DNA of 10,318 nucleotides from Candidatus Iainarchaeum sp. (GTDB lineage: Archaea; Iainarchaeota; Iainarchaeia; Iainarchaeales; UBA10191), in NCBI GenBank assembly GCA_030649735.1, contig JAUSFL010000011.1, positions 1 to 10,318 on the forward strand. Direction: 5' to 3'. Within the stretch, counting starts at the first letter, position 1. Each line of letters starts with the position of its first letter. Under the pieces are notes generated by a model. The model had not been told where the DNA came from. It searched no databases and worked only from the letters and a program-made list of their open reading frames with translations. Both the position numbers and the translations under genes were made by a program. Below are positions 1 through 6,809 of this stretch, one piece after another.

Positions 1-2325
1 TAAAACTGCTTCTCTCACAAGGCCTTGAATGTCTGCTCCAGTGTATCCTTTTGTTTTTTGCAGGATTTCTTTAAGGTTGAAATTCTTTGCCAATGGAACT
101 CCCTTTAAATGCACTTTGAATATTTCCTCGCGCGCTTTCTCGTCTGGGGCTCCGACAATTATTATTTTGTCAATTCTTCCAGGCCTTAAGAGTGCCGGGT
201 CTATCAGGTCTGGCCTGTTTGTTGCCGCAATGAAAATCACTCCGTTAAGGCTTTCAACTCCGTCAAGCTCTGTAAGCAATTGGTTTGCGACCCTGTCCCC
301 AACACCGGAATCAAATTCAGATCCATTTCTTATTGTAGCCAAAGAGTCAATTTCATCAAAGAAAACCACAACTGGACTTACTTGCCTTGCTTTCCTGAAA
401 ATTTTTCTAACTCCTTTTTCGCTTTCTCCGACAAACTTGCTCAAAAGCTCTGGGCCTTTGATGCTGATGAAGTTTGCCTCGCTTTCATTTGCGATTGCTT
501 TGGCCAAAAGTGTTTTTCCGGTTCCCGGAGGGCCGTAAAGCAAAATTCCTGTTGGTGGCTTAATGCCCATTTTTGTGAAGACTTCAGGAAACTTTATTGG
601 CCATTCGACAACTTGCTTTAGCTCTTCCTTTACCTCTTCCAAGCCCCCAATGTCTGTCCATCTGATGTTTGGAATTTCAACCATTACTTCACGGAGCGCT
701 GAAGGCTGGACGTCCTTTAATGCTTCGTCAAAGTCGTCTTTTTTAACTTCAAGCTTTTCCAAGACTTCTGGGGGAATTGTTTCCTCTTCCAGGTTGATTT
801 CAGGCAAGTATCTTCTAAGCGCTTTCATTGCCGCTTCTTTTACAAGCGCTGCCAGGTCTGCTCCGACAAAGCCGTGAGTGATTTGCGCGTAATGGTTTAT
901 GTCGACTTCTTCATTAGATCTTTGCTTTGAAATTTCAGAAAGTATTCCTGAAAGGTTTGCTTCCTTGGCTTTTACAATTTTTTCCAAGTCTGAATCAGCC
1001 ATTGCTCTAATTATTGACTCTATTTTAATGTGCGAGTAGTCTTTCTGGAGTTCTTTTATTGCAAATTCAACAAGCTTGTTTTTTATTTTTTTGAGCCTTT
1101 CGTCATCATTTTTTTCAGATGATGTCTGATTGTCTATTCTTTCAGACCCTTCCAGTTTTTCCATTTCTTTCATGATTTCTTTGTCTAGTTGGTCAAATTT
1201 GACAAGCGGCATTCCCCTAGAATGCACTTGCAAAATCGCTTTTCTTCCATTCTTGTCCGGAACTCCAATTTCAATTTCGCGGTCAAATCTTCCAGGCCGT
1301 CTTAAAGCCTCATCAAGCGCATTAACCCTGTTTGTTGCCGCAATGACTATGACGTTTCCGCGCGCTTCCATTCCATCCATTAAAGCCAAGAGCTGTGCGA
1401 CAACTCTTCGTTCAACTTCTCCCACTGCTTCTTCGCGTTTTGGAGCAATGCTGTCAAGTTCGTCAATGAAAATAATGCTTGGCGAGTTTTCTTCGGCTTC
1501 CTTAAAGATTTGCCTGATGCGTTCTTCTGCCTCTCCAACAAACTTGCTCATTATTGAAGGCCCGCTTACTGAAATGAAGTGCGCGTTTGTTTCATTAGCT
1601 ACTGCTTTTGCCAATAGTGTTTTTCCGGTTCCTGGCGGTCCGTGAAGCAGCACGCCTTTTGGCGGGGAAATTCCCAATCGCCTGAAAAGCTCCGGATGCC
1701 TCATGGGCAGTTCAATCATTTCCCTGACTTTTTGGACTTGCTCTTCAAGCCCTCCAATGTCTTCGTAGGCGATTTTTGGAATTGCTTCCATTGTTTCCTT
1801 TATTGGCTCTTCCTTGAGCACGAATTGCGTGAAGTCTGTTATTTTCACAATGCCGCGCGGATTAGTGTCAACTACAGCATAAATGAATCCGCTTCCAAAG
1901 ACTGTAATCCAGACCCTGTCGCCTTTTGTCAAAGGCCTTCCAATGAATGTTTTTTTCAAAACCCGGTCATAGCCTGTTGCAATAATCCTGACGTCTTGCG
2001 TTGGGGCCAGAACTACTTTTTTTGCGTCCTTGTATTCTGCTTTCGCAACCTCGACTTTTTCTCCAAGTCCAACTCCGCAATTATGCCTTATCAAATTGTC
2101 CATTCTGATGGTTGCTTTGCCTTCATCTTCAGCCCTTGCCGGCCAGACTACTGCTGCGGTTTTTTTAGTGCCTTGGATTTCAACCAAGTCTCCTGAAGTA
2201 ATGCCCAGCTCTTCTTTTGTCTTCCTGTCCAGTGTTACAATGTTTCTTCCAACGTGAGTTGGGTCTGGGTCCTGCACTTTCAGCGAGACTTTTTTCCTTT
2301 CCTTAAAGCTTCCTTCAAAAGTCAT
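1..2325 (-). CDS. cdc48: CDC48/VCP/VAT-family AAA+ ATPase (3' end beyond the left edge of the window; 775 codons visible)
   Basis: Manual translation of the minus strand from ATG at 2325 ([33 protein letters not shown]...) is open to position 1. It shows an N-domain, then D1 ([34 protein letters not shown]) and D2 ([32 protein letters not shown]). A GGTGA Shine-Dalgarno motif lies 8 nt upstream of the ATG. Confidence 0.97.
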   Translation of the reverse strand, partial: MTFEGSFKERKKVSLKVQDPDPTHVGRNIVTLDRKTKEELGITSGDLVEIQGTKKTAAVVWPARAEDEGKATIRMDNLIRHNCGVGLGEKVEVAKAEYKDAKKVVLAPTQDVRIIATGYDRVLKKTFIGRPLTKGDRVWITVFGSGFIYAVVDTNPRGIVKITDFTQFVLKEEPIKETMEAIPKIAYEDIGGLEEQVQKVREMIELPMRHPELFRRLGISPPKGVLLHGPPGTGKTLLAKAVANETNAHFISVSGPSIMSKFVGEAEERIRQIFKEAEENSPSIIFIDELDSIAPKREEAVGEVERRVVAQLLALMDGMEARGNVIVIAATNRVNALDEALRRPGRFDREIEIGVPDKNGRKAILQVHSRGMPLVKFDQLDKEIMKEMEKLEGSERIDNQTSSEKNDDERLKKIKNKLVEFAIKELQKDYSHIKIESIIRAMADSDLEKIVKAKEANLSGILSEISKQRSNEEVDINHYAQITHGFVGADLAALVKEAAMKALRRYLPEINLEEETIPPEVLEKLEVKKDDFDEALKDVQPSALREVMVEIPNIRWTDIGGLEEVKEELKQVVEWPIKFPEVFTKMGIKPPTGILLYGPPGTGKTLLAKAIANESEANFISIKGPELLSKFVGESEKGVRKIFRKARQVSPVVVFFDEIDSLATIRNGSEFDSGVGDRVANQLLTELDGVESLNGVIFIAATNRPDLIDPALLRPGRIDKIIIVGAPDEKAREEIFKVHLKGVPLAKNFNLKEILQKTKGYTGADIQGLVREAVL

Positions 2326-2333
2326 TTTCTCTC

Positions 2334-2365
2334 TCACCAGAATCTTGGGGGGCAAGGTTTTAAAG
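2334..2365 (-). promoter_or_regulatory. Putative TATA box (TTTAAAA, 2364-2358) and Shine-Dalgarno motif (GGTGA, 2338-2334) of cdc48
   Basis: Motifs read directly in the 62-bp intergenic gap, with spacing compatible with an archaeal promoter and a short 5' UTR. Confidence 0.55.
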
Positions 2366-2387
2366 AGTATCAAATTGTCCAGTATTT

Positions 2388-3185
2388 TTAATCGGCGTTT
2401 TTTATCTTGCCTTCTCCAGGCAGCATTGCCATTAGCTCGTCAAGGCTTGCGTTCAGGCCTGTTTTTTTTCCAAGCAGTCCCTTGAGTTTTTTTGCAAGGT
2501 CTGATTTTGAGTCTTTGCCGAATTCTATTATTGCAAAGGCCTTGCTTTTGCCTTTCACTGCATCCGAAGGGCCTGATACTATTCTGCCGCTGTCTTCAAT
2601 TCCAATAGCGAATTCCAAAGGCGTTTTCCTGAACCATTCCCTGTTTCCATAAATCATGAATGCGCCGCTTCCCAGAGATTCTCCTGTTTGCGCCTGCTTG
2701 CTCACTTGCTCTGGCTTGACTGAATAAACGTCAACTCCAGCCAATTGGCCAGACCATGCTTTTGAAAGCACTGCGGCAAACTTTGCGGCTTCCTTCATGT
2801 CTTTTTCCTTTGCTTTCAATTGGCCGTCTTTCAGGATGCAGTGCGCTGCCCCTTGAATGTCCGCGTGAAAGTAAAGGTCGTTTTCTTGCATTTGTTTTTT
2901 CACCAAAATTTCATTGCTTTGCCTGTCTTTTCCAGCAATGCAAAGCAGGCTGCTTTGGGAAGTGAAAAACCACCTGAATTTTTCAAACCATTCCCGCTTG
3001 CGCTTTCTTTCAGGCCCTTGCGCCTGCTTTTTTCCGGTTTTCTCGGCATTTTGGACTTTGGATTGCATTTCTTTCATTGCTATCTCTAATCCTTTCAATT
3101 TTGCCTTTGATTTTTTTGCCTTTGTAAAGTATTCATTGGCATTTTCTTGCACGCTTTTGAAAGGGTTTATTTGGATTTCAGTCAT
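2388..3185 (-). CDS. NFACT RNA-binding domain protein; C-terminal part of an archaeal Rqc2/RqcH (NEMF/FbpA family) homologue
   Basis: Motifs [15 protein letters not shown] (coiled coil), [60 protein letters not shown] (NFACT-R) and a C-terminal SGP...GKDSK...[10 protein letters not shown] segment resembling NFACT-C. It is only 265 aa and has no NFACT-N domain. Confidence 0.9.
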   Translation of the reverse strand: MTEIQINPFKSVQENANEYFTKAKKSKAKLKGLEIAMKEMQSKVQNAEKTGKKQAQGPERKRKREWFEKFRWFFTSQSSLLCIAGKDRQSNEILVKKQMQENDLYFHADIQGAAHCILKDGQLKAKEKDMKEAAKFAAVLSKAWSGQLAGVDVYSVKPEQVSKQAQTGESLGSGAFMIYGNREWFRKTPLEFAIGIEDSGRIVSGPSDAVKGKSKAFAIIEFGKDSKSDLAKKLKGLLGKKTGLNASLDELMAMLPGEGKIKNAD

Positions 3186-3721
3186 TGCAAACCATTCTCT
3201 TCCCGTATTATCTTGATTATTGATTTTGTCCTCGGCTCGTTTTTGTAGGTTGGCGCTGAAATGTAGAATATTTGCCTGTCTTTGATCAGCTTGTAAAGCC
3301 CGGGAATTCTTTCATAATAGTTGGTGTTGCTGTATTTGTGAAAGCTTTCAATGTCCTTGTGAATGTGCTTTAGGACAATGTTCAAGTTTCCGGAGCCGAT
3401 GATTGGCGCCATCATGTAAACGTGCGGGTCTTTTTGCGCTTCTTTCAGGAACAATTCAAAAGTGTGCTTTTCTGAAAGGTCGACTTGCAGCAATTCAAGG
3501 ATTTCAAGCTCGTAGCCGAGCTTTTTGAAAATTACTTTAGGCCCGTATCCGACAATAACCCCGTTTTTTTCTAGAAAGTCTATTGAAGACTTCACTGTCG
3601 CCTTGTGGAGCTTGGTTTGCCTTTTCACGCGTTCAATGATCGGGCTTACGATCCCTTTTTCGTTAAGCGCCCATAATATTTTAATCCTGGTTGAATCGTC
3701 AGATTTCATTTGCTGGGCCAA
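3182..3721 (-). CDS. Divergent Lrp/AsnC-like winged-helix transcriptional regulator
   Basis: N-terminal HTH-like segment (RIKILWALNEKG...LHKATVKSSIDFLEKNGVIVGY) followed by an Lrp-type linker (PKVIFKKLGY) and a RAM-like alpha/beta domain. The TTG start has GGTGAT 4 nt upstream. The stop overlaps the next start codon (ATGA, 3185-3182). Confidence 0.75.
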   Translation of the reverse strand: MAQQMKSDDSTRIKILWALNEKGIVSPIIERVKRQTKLHKATVKSSIDFLEKNGVIVGYGPKVIFKKLGYELEILELLQVDLSEKHTFELFLKEAQKDPHVYMMAPIIGSGNLNIVLKHIHKDIESFHKYSNTNYYERIPGLYKLIKDRQIFYISAPTYKNEPRTKSIIKIIREENGLQ

Positions 3722-3725
3722 TTAA

Positions 3726-3767
3726 ATCACCATTATACTATACTTTTTATGACAGTGTTTATTTAAT
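3726..3767 (-). promoter_or_regulatory. Putative TATA box (TTAAATA, 3766-3760) and Shine-Dalgarno motif (GGTGAT, 3731-3726) of the Lrp-like/NFACT gene pair
   Basis: Motifs read directly. The region is AT-rich, so the TATA assignment is uncertain. Confidence 0.45.
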
Positions 3768-3854
3768 AATTATCCTATTTTAACCATGTAAAACTGCGGA
3801 ATTGTTTAATTAATAAAAACCAGTCTAATTATTGGTGGTTGGTAAGAACTTTGA

Positions 3855-3955
3855 CAGGAAGGGGATTGGCTCACCTGCTATACACTAATTCTCCTTCCTG
3901 CTCTTTCTCTTTATTTCCTTGCTTCAGCCGTTAGGCTTTCAGCCTAAGAATTAGT
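3855..3955. repeat. Cluster of inverted repeats; candidate structured RNA element
   Basis: CAGGAAGG (3855-3862) / CCTTCCTG (3893-3900); ACTAATTCT (3884-3892) / AGAATTAGT (3947-3955); TTAGGCT (3931-3937) / AGCCTAA (3941-3947). All three are perfect complements. The function is unknown. Confidence 0.6.
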
Positions 3956-3958
3956 TCA

Positions 3959-6142
3959 TTATTTTGCTTTTGCGCTTGCTTTAGGTGTTGAAGAAACAGT
4001 TTTTTTCACCGCAATTTTTGTTTTCACTGGCTTTGAAATTTTTGCTTTGCTTGCAGTTTTTTTCACTGCCGCTGGCTTTACTGGCTTTGAAGTTGCGGCC
4101 GCGGTTTTTGCCGCAGGCTTTTTCCATAATGCTTTTGTTTTGCAGTTCATGTTCAGGCACATTTCATATTTTCCGCGCTTTCCAATGACGCTTATCATTG
4201 GCGCCTTGCAATCCTCTTGCGGGCATTCCTTGCCAAGCCAAGTGACTCTTCCATTTTGCGGCAACGGGTAAGAGTTAGTGCATTTTGGATAGCTAGTGCA
4301 GCCAACAAATCTTTTTCCAGTCCTTCCGAACATTATGCGCAGCATTCCCTCGCATTTTGGGCATTTTCCAAGTATTGAATCCTTCATGAGCCCTTGCCTT
4401 AGCTCGCTTGCAATCTCGTTTTTCTTTTGCAGGATTTCTTCCAGAACTTCAAGCAGTATTTTTCTTGAATCCTGCACGACTTTTTCCTTTGTTTTCTTTC
4501 CTTCTGCAATGTCGTCCATTTGCTTTTCCAAATCAGAGGTCATTTCTGGCTTTGTGACTGTTGGGCAGTTTTTTTCCAAGGAATCAATCACCGCGAATGA
4601 GATGTTGCTTGCCTCTATTGCCTTTGCCCCGAAAATGTACTGCCTTGCATAAAGCTTTTGGATTATTTCTGCGCGCGTTGATTTTGTTCCAAGCCCGAGG
4701 TCTTCCATCAGTTTGATCAATGAGGCCTGGCTGTATCTTGCAGGCGGCTGGGTTTCTTTCCTTTCATTCCCCAATTTTACTTTCTTGCACTTGTCGCCTT
4801 CATTCAATTCTGGAAGAATGACTTCTTTCACTGTGGAGTAAGGGTAAAATTCTTTCCAGCCCATTTTTGTAATCAACTGGCCTTTTGCTAAAAAAGGCTC
4901 CTTGTTCAATGAAATTTCAACACTCAAGTTTTCTGTCTCGCAAGGCTCAGAAAGCGTTGCCAAAAACCTTCGCACTACTAGCTCGTAAACTTTCCATTGC
5001 TTGTCGTTCAATTTGCTTTTTTGCGCCGGCATTTCCGGATGAATTGGCGGGTGGTCTTTTGTTTCCTTTCCTTTTGATGGATCAAGCTTTCCTTTTGAAA
5101 GGATTTTTTGGCTTAATGCAGAAAACTCTGTCTGCAATAATCCATTCAGTATTTCATTCAAGTCCAGCGTTGCATTGTATGTTTGGTTGTCAGTGCGCGG
5201 ATAGCTGATGAATCCCTGCATGTACAATGATTCTGCAAGGTTCATTGCCTCTCCCGGAGAGACTCCAATCGATGACGCGGAGCGCAAAAATTCCGTGGTG
5301 TTGAATGGCACTGGCTTTGCAAGAGAGCGCTTTGATTTTGTGACTTTCTCAACAATGCCGTGCTCTGCCTTGCTTGCTTTTTCAAAAGCATCTTTTGCTT
5401 CCTGCTCGTCCAAAAACCTTGCGTTCTTGTGCATTGCCTCGAATTCTTTCCTGTCTTTTTCCAGGATTGCCTTTAATTCCCAGTAAGGCGTTGCCTTGAA
5501 TGCCTGCCTTTCTTTTTCCTTGTCCACAACAATTGCCAGTGTTGGAGTCTGCACTCTTCCAACGCTTAAGAATTCCTTTCCAGTTCTGCCGCTCATCAGG
5601 CTCAAGAATCTAGTGAGGACTGCGCCCCAAATCAAGTCAATTTCTCTTCTGGCGTCCGCAGAGTCTGCCAAATTATAATTCATTTTTTGCAGCTTTGAGA
5701 AAGAATCCTTGATTTCTTTCGGAGTGATTGCAGAAAAGTAAGCCCGTTCTTCCAGGATTTTTGGGTTTCCTTCTTTCAAGTAGCGGATTGCCTCAAGGCC
5801 AATGCTTTCTCCCTCGCGGTCTGCATCAGTAGCAATGATCACTTTGTCTGCAAGCGCCGCCTTTTTTCTCAAAAGCTCTGCAATTTGCGGCTCTGAAGGC
5901 GTGTAAAGGATTTCCGCGGCTGTAAGCTCTTTCAAGTCTGTTCCGTACCAGTTTGCGAATTTTTTTGGGAACTCCAAGTCAGTAATGTGTCCCCTGAGTG
6001 GAATGACTTCAAACTCTTGCCTGTCTTTCGCGAACTGGAAGAATTGCGCGCCGTCTTCGCGCTTTACTGAAATTTTCCCGTCAGCGAGAATTTCCGCGAT
6101 TCTTTCGCCCGCAATGCTTTTTTCTGAAATAATCAATTGCAT
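3959..6142 (-). CDS. topA: DNA topoisomerase I (type IA, archaeal TopA)
   Basis: TOPRIM motifs LIISEK and IATDADREGE, SVGRVQTPTL, catalytic Tyr motif GFISYPRTD, HPPIHP, GLGTKSTRA, and C-terminal Cys4 zinc ribbons (CPKC...FVGCTSYPKC; CPQEDC...CLNMNC). ATG at 6142 is preferred over the in-frame TTG at 6148. Confidence 0.97.
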   Translation of the reverse strand: MQLIISEKSIAGERIAEILADGKISVKREDGAQFFQFAKDRQEFEVIPLRGHITDLEFPKKFANWYGTDLKELTAAEILYTPSEPQIAELLRKKAALADKVIIATDADREGESIGLEAIRYLKEGNPKILEERAYFSAITPKEIKDSFSKLQKMNYNLADSADARREIDLIWGAVLTRFLSLMSGRTGKEFLSVGRVQTPTLAIVVDKEKERQAFKATPYWELKAILEKDRKEFEAMHKNARFLDEQEAKDAFEKASKAEHGIVEKVTKSKRSLAKPVPFNTTEFLRSASSIGVSPGEAMNLAESLYMQGFISYPRTDNQTYNATLDLNEILNGLLQTEFSALSQKILSKGKLDPSKGKETKDHPPIHPEMPAQKSKLNDKQWKVYELVVRRFLATLSEPCETENLSVEISLNKEPFLAKGQLITKMGWKEFYPYSTVKEVILPELNEGDKCKKVKLGNERKETQPPARYSQASLIKLMEDLGLGTKSTRAEIIQKLYARQYIFGAKAIEASNISFAVIDSLEKNCPTVTKPEMTSDLEKQMDDIAEGKKTKEKVVQDSRKILLEVLEEILQKKNEIASELRQGLMKDSILGKCPKCEGMLRIMFGRTGKRFVGCTSYPKCTNSYPLPQNGRVTWLGKECPQEDCKAPMISVIGKRGKYEMCLNMNCKTKALWKKPAAKTAAATSKPVKPAAVKKTASKAKISKPVKTKIAVKKTVSSTPKASAKAK

Positions 6143-6185
6143 TTTCAAGCACTCTCAAAAGGCCGTAAGTGTTTAGATTGGCTAA

Positions 6186-6196
6186 TTTTTAAAAAA
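6186..6196 (-). promoter_or_regulatory. Putative TATA box upstream of topA (TTTTTTAAAAA)
   Basis: TTTAAAAA motif about 45-50 nt upstream of the start codon. Confidence 0.4.
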
Positions 6197-6217
6197 CAGT
6201 AAGTATTGGAAAATTCC

Positions 6218-6237
6218 CTGAATTCTTTGGAATTCAG
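6218..6237. repeat. Perfect 8-bp inverted repeat overlapping the Lrp stop codon
   Basis: CTGAATTC-TTTG-GAATTCAG. It could be a 3' hairpin or a protein-binding site upstream of the topA promoter. Confidence 0.5.
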
Positions 6238-6707
6238 AGTTTTTTCTGGAGCGCTTGCGTTGGCAAAGAATTGGTTTTTTTGACTTCCTGCAGAACAACG
6301 AGGGTTTTCATGTCTATTACTCCATCAATTGTTCCCAGGCGATTGATGAATTGCTCTGCATTCTCCAGGTTTGGAACAACAAGCTTTGCGAGCAAATTAT
6401 ACTCTCCCAAAACTTGCTGCAATTCCAAGACAAAATCAAATTCTTGCATTTTTTTTATGATGTCCTTGTTCTTGCTCATTTCAGTCCTCAACTGGACATA
6501 AATCGGGTTTTCATACCCGAGAATTTTGTAATTCAAGTTTGCAGTGACGCTTTGGAGAATGCCTTTTCTTTTCAGCCTTTCAACGCGCTTTTTTATTGCA
6601 ACATCAGTCAGGTTGGTTTCGCGCGCCATTGCGGAAAAGCTGGCCCTGCCGTCTTCCAAAAGCTTTTGGAGAATCACGTAATCTATTTTATCTAAAGCAA
6701 GGCTCAT
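6234..6707 (-). CDS. Lrp/AsnC family transcriptional regulator
   Basis: Canonical N-terminus LDKIDYVILQKLLEDGRASFSAMARETNLTDVAIKKRVERLKRKGIL, linker NYKILGY, and RAM domain motif VLGEYNLLAKLVV. 157 aa. Confidence 0.95.
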   Translation of the reverse strand: MSLALDKIDYVILQKLLEDGRASFSAMARETNLTDVAIKKRVERLKRKGILQSVTANLNYKILGYENPIYVQLRTEMSKNKDIIKKMQEFDFVLELQQVLGEYNLLAKLVVPNLENAEQFINRLGTIDGVIDMKTLVVLQEVKKTNSLPTQALQKKL

Positions 6708-6711
6708 ACGT

Positions 6712-6771
6712 GTATTTTTTGAACAAAAGAGAATAAAAAAGTATTTTTTGCAAATAACGCGTTTTTAAACG
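6712..6771 (-). promoter_or_regulatory. Lrp promoter region with a 10-bp direct repeat and a TATA-containing imperfect palindrome
   Basis: GTATTTTTTG at 6712-6721 and 6741-6750; CGTTT-TT-AAACG at 6760-6771 (reads TTTAAAAA on the minus strand). Confidence 0.5.
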
Positions 6772-6778
6772 ACCAGCG

Positions 6779-6801
6779 AAAAGCAAAAACTGCTTTTTTT
6801 T
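6779..6801 (-). terminator. Putative terminator: short hairpin with T-rich tract
   Basis: AAAAGCA-AAAAC-TGCTTTT inverted repeat (6779-6797) just downstream of the stop at 6810. The minus strand reads GTTTTTGCTTTT. Confidence 0.4.
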
Positions 6802-6809
6802 CTTAGAAT

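Noticed and set aside
916-1203. Intein or intron in cdc48
   Set aside because: The insert is in frame with no splice-junction residues or endonuclease motifs, and it is not located at a Walker motif, where Cdc48 inteins would be expected.
501-1648. Nucleotide repeat between about 501-541 and about 1609-1648
   Set aside because: Explained by the conserved Walker A regions of the D1 and D2 domains.
29-2257. Plus-strand ORFs 29..538, 280..621, 563..877, 1130..1645, 1642..2196 and 2030..2257
   Set aside because: Antisense shadows of cdc48. Their repeated 'VFPVPGGP' endings are the reverse-strand reading of the two Walker A motifs.
3722-3958. tRNA, SRP RNA, CRISPR array or MITE in the long intergenic region
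   Set aside because: No cloverleaf or T-loop motif, no SRP helix-8 context despite the GGAAGG, no spaced repeats, and no terminal inverted repeats with a target-site duplication.
3956-3961. Pseudoknot-stimulated stop-codon readthrough of topA
   Set aside because: Tandem TAA-TGA stops make readthrough implausible.
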